Below are positions 25,199-37,300 of a stretch of DNA of 64,000 nucleotides, one piece after another. Numbering within the stretch: position 1 is the stretch's first letter; each line of letters begins with the position of its first letter. The translations under genes were made by a program, and so were the position numbers. Below the pieces are notes generated by a model. That model saw nothing but the letters and a program-made list of their open reading frames with translations. It ran no database searches and had not been told where the DNA came from. This DNA is from Cirrosporium novae-zelandiae (lineage: Eukaryota), in the NCBI GenBank assembly GCA_026023565.1, contig JAPETS010000008.1, positions 682,001-746,000 of the forward strand. Reading direction: 5' to 3'.

Positions 25199-26565
25199 AT
25201 GACCGACAAAAAAATCGCCATCATAGGTGGTGGCCTCGGCGGCATGTCCTTTGCAAACGCAGCCCTGTACCACAACCTCACCAACATCGCCCTATACGAG
25301 CAAGCGCCCCAATTCAGCGAAGTCGGCGCCGGCGTCAACATCTCCAGCAACGCCCTCCGCATCCTAGACGCCTACGGCCTCAAAGACAGCATGACCCGGA
25401 GATCCTCACACGATCCTCCCTGCTGGATGGACTACCGGCACTACAAAACAGGAGAGTTTCTAGGCCAGATTGACGAGCTCGGGGAGCCCACCAGCCGGCA
25501 GATTCACCGGGCGCATCTGCTAGACACTCTAAAGGAGCGGGTTCCCTCGAGCGCAATCCACACCGGGAAAAAACTCATAAACATGCGGAGCCTAGAATCC
25601 TCCGGTGGGGGCTACGAGCTCCAGTTCGCAGATGGCACAACCGCAAATGCAGATCTCGTTGTCGGGTGCGACGGTATTAAAAGCAAAGTACGACAATACA
25701 TGGGCATTACCGACCACCCAGACTACTCGGGCCAATGCGTATACCGCGGCTTCGTCCAGTACGAACACCTGCCCTCAGCCACGGCAGCCCTCTTAAGAAA
25801 AACCGTCAACTTCCGTGGCCCGCGCCGCCACGTACTGACGCTCCCCGTCGGAAACGAGGAATCCAACACCGCCCAGGTTGGCATCATCGTCTTCGTGACA
25901 GAGTCTCTGGATTCCTGGAAATCGGAAAGCTGGATGGCCCGTGCGAGTATTGGATCTCTGGAAGCGCATCTTGATGGCTGGTGTCAGGAGGTGCAGGATA
26001 TTCTGGAGGGGCTGAAAAGGGGGTCGGGGGATGGGATGGTGCTGAAGCAAACGCTGTATGTGAGAAGTCCAGTGGAGAAGTGGTTCGAGGTTCAAGAGAC
26101 GCATCCCGAGTGTGGGGTCGTGCTGGTGGGCGACTCGGTGCATTCGACACTACCACATCAAGGCAAGTGAACCTAACTTTCTCTCTTCCATCCCTTCAAC
26201 CTAATCCAACCATATTTCACAAAACTAACAAACCACCCACAGGTCAAGGCACCTGCATGGCCATCGAATCCGGCGCCTGCCTAGCCCGAATCCTCTCCCA
26301 CTTTTTCTCCCACTCCCCCTCTCCATCCCTCCACGCCCCCCTATCCCTCTACAAATCCATCCGAAAACCCCGCACAGATCGTCAAACCCTGACGTCATTC
26401 CAAACCGGAAAACTGGCTTCTGCGGAAATTATGGAGGGAGAGGAGGAGAGCGGGATTGGGATCGACTCGGAGGCTTTGAGGGAGAGGATGAGGTGGCTGA
26501 TGGAATATGATTTGTTTAGGGATGTAGATGAGAGGGTTGGTGGGGGGGGCGAAGCGAGGTTGTAG
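25199..26565 (+). CDS. FAD-dependent aromatic monooxygenase (salicylate hydroxylase/6-hydroxynicotinate 3-monooxygenase-like, group A)
   Basis: Motifs IAIIGGGLGG, EVGAGV, IHRAHL, VGCDGIKS and LVGDSVHSTLPHQG|QGTCMAIES. GC-AG intron at 26163-26242. It ends EARL*. Confidence 0.93.
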
Positions 26566-27591
26566 GTAGGTAGTAGTGGTAGTACGTAGTGGTGTTTGTC
26601 AATCTATAGATCTAACCACGAGGATTTGGAATAAAACTGGGTAGGATTGAATGAATGAAGGGGGGAAGGAAGGGAGGGGAGGAGTTGGGTTTAATCTAGA
26701 ACTTATCCTATATCCATAATCTACATCCCATTCGATATCCCATCAAATCAAAATTAACAGCGTCCCCTCCCCTTCCCCTTCTCCCAAAAAAAATAATGAA
26801 AATAATATATGACTACGGTTGCACAGTCTAAGGAATCATCAAGATGTATGGAAGCGATGGAGGTTTGAAGTTGAGTGACATTGAGATTGACAACACAAGC
26901 TTTTTGTAGACCACAACTAATTATATTTTCATTACTGGTACACGGGAAAGATATAACCAGGTACCTAGCTAGGTAGTCGTGGATTATTTCATCATAGCGA
27001 GGTGTTTCGTGCCGCGCGTGTAACAACAATAGGCTTGAACTACTCGGGGAAATAGATTTTATTTCTGCTCTATGGGTTCAGGGCTTCCAGCTTAACTGAA
27101 TTTTCCGATTATTTTACTCTTTAGAGATATATCTACGCGAATTTCAGGACTTCCATAGTTAGCTATGTCTACCCTAAGACGAGCATAGAAATAACACAGC
27201 AATAGAGAACTAGAGAAGCTAGCATGTTAATATATAAAGCGAATGACTGAAGTCTTGTTCCTGGGATATATCACGAAGTAGAATTCGAGCTTTTAAAGGG
27301 TTGTAAGCTAACAGAAGTCGTGAGTGTACAATGGCCAAATGAAAAGGGTCGTCTCTCGCATTTTTCATTTCGGATTCGTTATCAAGGAATGGCAAGGAAA
27401 GTATAGGCTTGGCATGTGTAACAAAATACCGAGTATAAAATCTATGCGAATAATGTGGCTAATATATACTCTAGTATAATAACAATAGTGATATATTTTT
27501 TTTATTTTGACGGAGAAGAAAAAATCGAGCCAGTTGCAAGATACGCGCTCGCATACACACCATCCTCTCCCCTACCATCCCTCCCTTCCTC

Positions 27592-28945
27592 TCACTTCTT
27601 TTTACTAAATTCAATAGCAATCCCCACCGCCTCCTCCAACCTATCCGTCCCCTTCCCCCCCTCCCCCACGCCCAAACCCAAAACCCCTTCATCCCACCCC
27701 CCTTTCTCATCATATAACGTCCTCCCCTCAGTCCAAATCCTCCTCAACGAATACACCGCCGCCAATGGCTCCCCACCTTTCCAAGCCCTCTCCTCCAACT
27801 CCCGCAGATGATCTAGGGAAGTATATTTGATGGACCAGGGGGAAGATGTTTGGCGCTCGAACTCGGCGACGATTTCTAGGGGTGTGGTGATGAAGGAGTG
27901 AAGTTTTAGGATGTGGGATTTGGTGGTGGGGGGTTGGGAGAGGAGGGTCTGGAGGAGGAAGTTTGCTACGCTATGTGTTTTTTGGGTTTGGTTAGGTGGC
28001 TGTTTGGAAGGGGGTGGGGGTAGGGAAAGGAAGGGATAAGAAAGGAAAAAAAAAAAAAGGACTTACTCCCGACAAGTACAAAACGCAACCCTCCCCTTTC
28101 CATCCCCCAAAACCACCGCCTCCCTTCTGTGCACATCAAACGACCCCGCCTCCACCGCCGCCCTTCCACTCATATCCGAAAAATACATCGGCGGCCTCGG
28201 ATCCGCATACGGCCCCGTAACCAAATACCAATACTCCAACCTCCTTCCATTCTCCCCCGTGGTAGCAGCAGCGACCTCGGCGGATTTCTGCTCCAGCCAC
28301 GCGCGCACTTTCAGTTTGGCTTGGTGGGGTTTTTCGTGTGCGGAGGTCGCATCGAAGGCGATGTCGGTGCCGTATTCGGAGGGGATGAAGCGGTGGATAG
28401 TGGGGGTTTGGGCGGCGAGGGTTATTAGGGGAATTTGGGCGAGGAGGGCGTCACGGCCGAGGGCGCTAATTATGGTGTCGATTCCTGGGGGGGGGGGGTT
28501 AGTTTTTCGTTTTTTTTTTTGGCAAAAGGGGATGGGATGGGAACGGGGAATGGGTGATTTATATATCTCCCTCTTCCTCCCTTCCTCCCTCCTCCTCCCC
28601 CTACAGCAACCCTGAACAACCACCACCACCAAAAAAGCATCCCCAACAAACAAAACAAAACCAAAAAAAAACCCACAAACCTCTATAGGCCGCCCCTACA
28701 CTCTCCAAATCCCCCAAATCCCCCACAAGAATCTCCGCCCCCTTCCCCTTAAACCCTTCAATCACCTCTTTCTTCCTCTCAGCCGTATCCTGTGAAGTGA
28801 AAATAGCAATGCGCTTGAAGGGGGGCGGGGTTGCGTTTAGGAGAGCAGTGGTGATGTAAGATCCGATTTTTCCGGTTGCGCCTAAGATTAGGATGTTTTG
28901 GACTGGGGAGGTCGGGACGGGTGGAGAGGGGGAGGAGGAGGACAT
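27592..28945 (-). CDS. NmrA-like/isoflavone reductase-family atypical SDR
   Basis: Motifs ILILGATGKIG, GIDTIISALGR, RFIPSEYGTD, HQAKLKVR, YLVTGPYAD and YSLRRIWTEG. Two introns inferred. Confidence 0.88.
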
Positions 28946-30498
28946 TGTTGTGGGTCTGGTTGTGGTTGTAGTTGTGGTGGTGGGGTTTTTGATGGTAGCA
29001 GTGGGGGGAGAAAAAGAAGAAGAGGGGGAATAAGAAGCAGCAGCTGTAGGATCTGGGGGGAAAGGAAATTGAGAGAAGCAGTAGGGTTTTGAATTGTACA
29101 TTTTGTGGCTGGAGGGTTTGAAGTTATATAGACCATATATGAGTGAAGTATTTACTGGTTAGGTTGTAAGGTATTTTTCTTTTTCTTCTATTAAGACGTT
29201 ATAATTACGTGCTTACTTACAAAGGGCGTACCCTTGCATGTGGCATGTATTTCCGTATGTAGGTAGATATGGTAATCTATGTTTTTAATCAATCAATTAA
29301 TATCGCTCGGGGAATACGCGTTAATGAGGTTATGGTTATGATTATAGTGGGGAGGGGAGTGGGGGGGATGTTGGCTTCCTTCACCCTCCAACCGACCAAC
29401 CTCATAAGTTCATAAGTTCATAACTTACTGTGTATATGTCACAATAGAAGAACATTGATACCAATGTGACCAATCACTAACCTGGTATTTATGGCATCGG
29501 ATAACAATGTAGATATCTATATGAAAAAAAAAGATACTGTAAGTTAGACTAGTTTGTTACGGATTTGCATAATTACATGTTTGCATCGTTTGCTGTATTA
29601 TATTTTATCAAGAAGTCTTTAATTACTTAGTCTAAATAATTCAACTATAGCTAAGTAAGTGTACAAACAGGTATCTAGTTATACGAATTGCTAATGTTCA
29701 TGTTCTCTCCCACAGTAACCCAGTCTTAGACCGAAGGACGGACATCAACGCCTCCTCTGGTCCCCTCTTTCTTATTCGCAAGAACCAACGATCGATCTCT
29801 TATCCAAACTGCCCCACCATCGCCCCTGCACCCCCACTTTCCTAGCTATCTTCTTCCATAAACAAAAACAAGCTAACCCTTGCCTGATAATATTCGAGGA
29901 TGGCCTATGGCCTGCGCTTTGTGGAGAGAGAGAGGGGGTTGTGACAGGGAAGAGGTAAGCTAATTACTAGGAGGAAAGAGTGGGAGGGAAGAGCAAGAGG
30001 GGAAGGCCGTTTAGATCTTCTCCGACGTGGATCTCCGATGGAAGGTCTATGTGTGTATATGCATGCACGCATGTATCCAATGACCAATAGCCCATTTCTG
30101 ATTGATCCATTAATCAAAAGAAGAACCTGATTAGCTACAGTACCTAGCTAGTTAGCTAGGACATCTCCATCTGCTCCCCTCTGTCTTCAAGAAAGATGCG
30201 GAAGAACCTTGGCTTTTTTTTTATATTTTAGATGAAAGAAAGAGAGGGTTTGCTTTCTTAAGGGATAATATATACTAGTCTCTCTCCTCATTTTTTTGGA
30301 GGGTTTTTGAAACTTCAAGTTTCTATACACATACACATGCAGTAAAGGGGGATGTTATATCATTATTTAGGTCGTTCGTGATATAAGATATATAGCTCCT
30401 ATTTCAGAAAGGCCTTCTTCTTCTTCTTCTTCTTCTCCAAATCGAAACGAACACCCACCCCCTCTCTCAACTCCAACCATATCAACACTCCAACCACC

Positions 30499-31635
30499 AT
30501 GGGCAAAGTCGTCGCCGCAGTAGGCATGTCACACGCCCCCGGCGCCCTCGCCTTCCCCGAAACCTGCAACGCTCCCCAACGCACCGCAACCGAAAAAGCA
30601 TCCGCCGCCCTGGGCAAGACCCTCACGGACTCAAAGCCCGACGTCATCTTCGCGTTCCTGGACGACCACTTCGAGAACTTCTACCGGAACCTGATGCCGA
30701 ATATTAGTATTAGCGTGGCGGAGACGCACGAGGGCCCCGCAGATCAGTGGATGGAGACGCTGAGGATTCCTAGGAAATACCAGTTTCCGGGGTGTCCTGA
30801 GGTTGCGGAGATGGTGCTAGAGAGTGTGGTGGAGCAGGGATTTGACTGGTTTGTTTGGATCCTTTTTTTGTTGTTGTCTCGGCTTGATGTTTAGGAAGAA
30901 AAGGATGTCCAAGGAAGTAGAGCTTGTCTTGCAGATTGACTAATTAGCTAACTATTCCCCTCCCTTAGTGCTCGCACCGGTCCCGTCGAATACGGCAACA
31001 ATCTCCTAATGCCCTGGCTGCTAATGAACCCCACCCTCCCCCAAACCACACCCATAATCCCCATCTTTATCAACGTCTTCACGCCACCCCTAATCAAATA
31101 CTCACGCGCCTACGACTTTGGTCTCGCGATACGGCACGCGATCGAAACGGCCCTCCCACCCACCCTCCGCTGTGCCCTCCTGTGCACGGGCGGTCTCTCC
31201 CACTGGCCCCCCTACTGGAACGAGCACCAAGCCAACCCCGCCGACACCTTCCTGAACCGCATGAAAGCGTACCAAACCCTCGGAAAGCCCTACCTAAAAA
31301 CCGACCCGAACCTCTTTGTCGATTTCGATAACTATGAGATCGAGATGGCCGCCAAGAATGAGTATCCGTTGAACTCGAAACATCCGCTTGTGAATGAGGA
31401 GTGGGATCGTATGTTCATGGAGAAGCTTTGTGGAGGGGATAAGGCGTTTTTGAGGGGAATGACGTATCAGGAGGTGGAAGAGCAGGCGGGGCATGGCGGG
31501 CATGAGGTGCTGAATTGGGTTGCGTTAGCCGGGGCCATGAGGGGAGAGTCGGCGAAACTGCTGTGCTATGAGCCTGTTGTGGAGTGGATTTGTGGAATGA
31601 CTTATGTGGATTTTGAGGTGCCGACTGTGGAGTGA
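30499..31635 (+). CDS. Class III (LigB-fold) extradiol ring-cleavage dioxygenase, PydA-like
   Basis: Motifs VGMSHAPG, FLDDHFENF, EYGNNLLMPW, TGGLSHWPPYW and GHGGHEVLNW supply the Fe ligands His/His/Glu and the catalytic His. One intron at 30849-30968. The PydA-subfamily assignment is from recall of the family signature and needs an HMM check. Confidence 0.85.
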
Positions 31636-32964
31636 GTGAGGGGGATGGGGGGCGAGGGACGGGGGAGGGGGGGATTGTTTAGAAGGCAAGCCAACACTCC
31701 TTACCTAACTAAGCCAAAAAGGACATGGGATATCTATCCGCGACTTGAGCGGATACTTGATATCAGGATAGCTATATAACCTCGCTACGCCGTGATAGTT
31801 TATTAGTTGTTATACTCAGAGAGAGAGAGCGAGACAGAAGAAAAAAAAAGCCAAATCCATATTTCCCTATCACACAATAAACATCCACCACCTATATCCC
31901 ATATCCCATATTCCCCTAAATAAAACCTCCGCCTCCACAATAACAACTATTACATCTTTTTTTCTTTTTTTAAACAACAACAAAAAAAAAGGTCAAGAAT
32001 CACTTCCCCCCCATTTCTATTTCTACTTCAATTTCTATTTTTCCCCCAAGGAAAGGAAAGGAGAAAAAAAAATCCAATTATTTATCCAAGTTTGAATAAA
32101 CAAAAACAAGGTCAAGAAGAAAAAGAAGAAAAAAAGGAGAGAGAAAGAAGAAAAACAGAAGAGAAAAAAATTTGCTACTGGATGGATGAGAGGGGAGGGG
32201 GTTCCTATATATATATATATTTGTACGTATGTACGTATATATAAAGAAGTCCCTCCCACGGGCCAATAATGATGCTGTCTCGGGCATAGAGACAGATAGA
32301 TAACCCTCCAGTCTAATGATTTAGATATCCGAATTAGATATCCCCCCCCTTTGCGCAATTAACTCTTCTTTCATAGTACTCGATGATGTTGATGAAAGAA
32401 ACCCTAGTACGTACTTATATGGCATTCTCAGAAGAAAAAAAAGGCATCGTTAAAAAATCACTTTTTTTGTTTCTATATAAAGCAAAAACGAAAAAGAAAA
32501 ATCTATCTTTTCTCTCTCGGACACATACATATATACATACATGAGTGAGGTCTGATTTAGATTAATTTTTCAAGAGTGTGTTCCTCTGAGCTGAGAGAAG
32601 AAGCATGGGAGAAGAAGGAGAAAAAAAAAAGAGATGGCGCACATGATGAAACCCACATATAATTTCAATCATAAAAAAACTATGAAAAAAAACCAAAGAT
32701 CATAAATTCTCCTTCTCATCTCATCTTGCCTATTCCAATTCAGAACGTTGGGAGCCCGTAATAAGAATCATGGTATTAACGGATTTTTGCAAGCGTTATT
32801 GTGTCCGAACTCCTTGCTGACGTTCTAAGTAATCCCATGCCCAAGTCTATTCGATTTATTGGAGAACAAAATAATAACCTTCTATAAGTATAACGCCGTG
32901 GTATCCTGTCATGTTGTGGTACTGTCATGGCTTTGCTATTCATGCAACATTCCGAGGCATGTTA

Positions 32965-35900
32965 TCATGCTTCATCATCTGAATCAGGTGGGTGAGGGGT
33001 GCCCTTTGGTGAGTTAAGCCTATCGTGCGCTAGTTAGCAAAGTTCCCTCTTGGGAATGAGAAGTCAGTCATACCATTCAATGTGCCTTAGCCTCCTCCTC
33101 ACTTCCCTCTCTTTCAACTGTGCCCTCGTCAACTTCTTCTTCTTCTTAGCCCTGAATTTCATTTCCGAGTTATCTTCAACGCCAGAATTGACGGCCGAAG
33201 CGGTGGCACTCGAGACGGCAGTGCTGGGGACGCTGCTTCCGGGTCGGCTGCTATCCTCAAATCGGTCTAGAGCAACACCGGCGTGTGTCTTCTGGGTGAG
33301 TTTTCCGTCGGCGACATGCCATTGCTCGGGACACAGAGCGCCCACAAATTCTTCGTTGTGGGAAATCATAACCACACCACCTTTATAATCGCGAATGGCA
33401 ACGGCAAGACCACCAAGAGAATCACGATCCAAGAAATTGGTGGGTTCGTCGAGGACGAGGCTGTCCTGTATTAGTTTCTAGTTCCAAGGATATAGCTCAA
33501 GACGCTTACAGATGAGGGTTATTCCACATAGCTCCTGCCAAAACAACCTTGACCTTTTGACCTCCCGAGAGACCAGATATTTCGTTATGGTTGGCAATTT
33601 CGGGGTCGAGACCAATATCCTCAAAATGCTTCGAGATTATCTTTGGTTCCAACTGTCTGTATCCAAGACCTTCTCGCGAAGCCTCATGGTCATCAAATTC
33701 CTGGACAAGCTTTTGGAATCCCCACTCCAGCAGTGTCTCTCTAGAAACCATGGTATTGAATTTTGGTAGCCAATCTCTCCATTGCCTAGTACATGTTAGT
33801 ACAATGAAACCATGTATCAACATCTCAAGCGAAACTCACACTTCGTATTGGAAGGATTTCTTATATTTTTGTCGGCCTATCAATGCCTCGACTTTCCTGG
33901 AACCACGGCCATCACCTAAATCTATAGGCTTCTCCATCTGGGCTTTATCCTCTGGGGTAAGAATTCTCGTCTTCTTGAGCAACACTTCTCTATCATCTCC
34001 ATTAGCATATCGCCATTGCAAATACTGATTCGGAGTCTTTTCCATGTGCATTTCAACGTGTTCGAGTGCATGTTGTTTGATGTAACCAATACGAAGATTA
34101 GGGTGTTTCTCAACTTTCCCATCCTGAGGAATCACTTCTCCGGTGAGAACCTTGATTAGCGTGGACTTGCCAGCACCATTGGCGCCAATAATGGCGACCC
34201 TGGATGAAAGCGTTAATTGGCAGGAAACGTTGTACAACGAAGGCTTTGAAGAACCTGGGTACGTGAAGCTGCAATTGGTCATGCGAAGGATAGACCGAGT
34301 TAAGGACTTGACACCGCTCAGTATTCCAGGTGGAGGGAATTTGAATTGAGCATGGGCCGCTGATAGAGTGTAGTAACTCTTCGCTTCAGGCTTAACCTTG
34401 ACAAAAGCAGCAAGATTACCATGGTAATGGACCAGTCTTTTGTGCTCATAATGCAAAATATCCGTGCAAACTTCATCTAAGAAGCCCGAGTCGTGACTGA
34501 CGATCAAACTCGTGATTTCAGTATGTTTCTTAAGATATTCCTGGAGCCATTTGACGTTGGCGACATCGAGATGATTGGTAGGTTCGTCAAGCAAGAACAC
34601 GTCGGCTTTCATTAGCATAGCTCTTGCAAGGGCAAGTTTCATTTTCCAACCACCGGACAAAGATCCAACTTTCTCCTGCTGCCGTCCCTCTGGGCCAGCA
34701 GTAAATCCAACATACTCCAAAACCTTGGAGATCTCTTCACGACCTTGCGAAGCAAGCTCGGGATCTTTGGCCGCGAAATCCAGGATTGTAAGATCTGCAT
34801 CTTCGCCTTGATTGTGCTCTACAAAGCAGGTCCTTAATTCGTCTTTGCTTGGAAATCCTTCAAGTTTTCCTGACGCAATACTTCGCATCAGGGTCGACTT
34901 TCCTGCACCATTACGCCCACAAAGACCATAGCGGTGGCCTTTGAGAAGTCTTAGATTCGTGTGCGAAAGAAGAAGCATTCCTCCATAAGCCAGGGAGAAA
35001 TCGGTATTGACTATTTCGACTTCACCATCGTCCTCTTTGACAGGCTGGCCAAACTTCCGGTGATCTTCTTCAATAAAGAACTTCTGAACTTCGTTACCTA
35101 CGGCAGTCGCACTCCCAGCAGCCATGAGAGGTGTCAGATATGGCCCAATGCAGAGGGAAACCCGTTCAACGGCACGGAAATTGATATCTTCGGTTGCCAT
35201 CTGAGCAGCATATTTGAGCGCCGTATTTCTAAAGGCCGTTGATGCTGGATCTTCAACAAATCCGCCATGGGCCTTGATTTGCTCATTAAGAACCTTCAGT
35301 ACGTCTTCAACAGTCGTTGGAGCGATTTGACCTTCAACAACGCTCCCATCATCCTCCCCCATTGCTTTCTTGATGACGTTGACAGCCCTGGTGGCTATTT
35401 CACGCACTTCAGGAAGCGATGCGCCATTCTTCACCCGTTCCACACCAGGCTTCAATCTTGGAAGGAATGCTCGAGCTTCTACGGGATCATGAACCAGCTT
35501 GGTCAGGTTTTCCACAACAACTACCGTTTGGCGAAGAACCTCCTGGGAGGTGCTGGGGTTATTCAAGGACCGTTCAAGTAATGGAGTAAGCAGCGCGAGT
35601 ACCGGAGACGTGACAATTGCGACAAAGGTTGTCTGCGAAAGTGCATGGATTGCCTTTTGCAGAGTGGTTAACGAAGGATGGTGCATGGTATCGACTAGAA
35701 GCGGGATTCGGGGAGCGACATCATCGTTCGAGAGAAGAGTAGTCAAAGCATTCATAGTCTTAACGGCTTGGCGAGCGACCTGGTTGTTTATCAGTAAGCA
35801 ATCCTAGGGCCAAGGATGGTATAGAAACATACTTCGTTTTTCAGATCGTGCATCCCGTCCTCAACGACAGGTATTAGACTTGACAGCCTTTTACCCATTA

Positions 35901-36522
35901 TTTCGCGCAAGAGATCCTTTGCTTCTTCTTCCTCCTTACTACCCATGCCCATTTCAGCTTTATTCGCCATTTTTTCAAGCATCTGCAGTGCTCCAACTGT
36001 GCCTTGCCATTTACCAGTTCTCTTGCCGAGATAATTTAGTAATGCGGGAAGCAAGGCAACCACCATTGCCTCGGGCTTGAGGTTTTGGAAGATTGCATCG
36101 AGGGCATACTGGGCAGACTCTCGGACGATCGGGCCTTTGTCATGAAGAGCATCAAGGGCAGCAGCCAACATGCCATGGTCTTCGACCAAGAAAATAACTT
36201 CACTAATCGGATGCTTTGGTGGAAATCTTTCGACCAAGGCACCAAGCAAAATTTGGGCACTTTCCCTTCGAGCCCCATTCTTCTTGTCGGCTGCAGCTTT
36301 TTTTATTTCTGGCAGTATGCCATAATTCTGCAGACCTCGGAAGCCGATGGAATTGTTTAGCAAATCGGTCAGGGCATAAGCCGTATCCAGAGATTGTTGG
36401 GATGTCTTGGCCGTGAAGATGGTTGTCATGAGCGAGGCAACATCTTCAGGTGCAGGAGCAACCTCAGAAGAGTTCTTAGCGACCATGACAGGGGCCAGAG
36501 ATGGTGAGACGTGATGTGGCAT
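32965..36522 (-). CDS. NEW1: eEF3-like ABC-F protein New1/Elf1
   Basis: N-terminal HEAT-like region and two ABC cassettes (GRNGAGKST/LSGGWKMK and GANGAGKST/LSGGQKVK). The C-terminus KKKKKLTRAQLKEREVRRRLRHIEW..SPKGTP is typical of New1/Elf1. Confidence 0.9.
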
Positions 36523-37300
36523 TACTGGTGAGAAGATGCGAAGAGCAAGGTGAAGAGGTTGGACTGTATGAACAGTGCGGTCAGTTATCGATTATCGCCG
36601 TAAGATGGCTGTGAGCAGATGTGAGCAGATATGGACATGCACAAAGCGATATGATGATTCAAATCCAAGCGGTACACTCGCAAACTGCGAGTAAGTACCG
36701 ACAGAAGAAGCCTGATGAAATAAATGAATGAATGAGAGAAAATATGGAATTTGCCCTTTATTTGTGTGGGTGAGTGAGCGATGGCAAGTTTGGAGGGAGG
36801 AATGAACTTTTTTTTTCAAAGATTACGGTACGGTGCGCTAATAATCATAATTGACCACCAACTCGTCTTAAGCGGGCGCTGCGGCACTGCGGCCCCAATC
36901 CAAGTCCAGCCTGAGTGCCAAGCCTCGGGCGTTGGGGACCGGAGGATAAGACTTTGGACTGGCTTTTCAGCCCCAGAGGTTCCTATCTCAAGTATCTCAA
37001 GTAGACTACCAACCCCAACCCAACTACTCTGTACACTCTAATCTTTGCTACTAGGATCTTCAATCGAACTGAAACTTTGTTTTTTTTTGTGAGGTATTCC
37101 TTACTGGTGCCCTGACGTGCCTGAATATGTAGTGCTGGATACGCCAAAATATAATCTTTGGAAAGGGCCAGCCATTGGCAGAGGCTTGCCCTCAAATCCA
37201 ATATGTCCTCCATATAACCATCTGAACTCCTACGCCTGGAGAATATCCCTAAATGATAACTGCTTAACTAGAATAAATCACGAAATTAAGCTGGATGGAA

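Noticed and set aside
33836..35755. Calling the ABC-F gene canonical eEF3
   Set aside because: The N- and C-terminal signatures fit the New1/Elf1 paralogue better.
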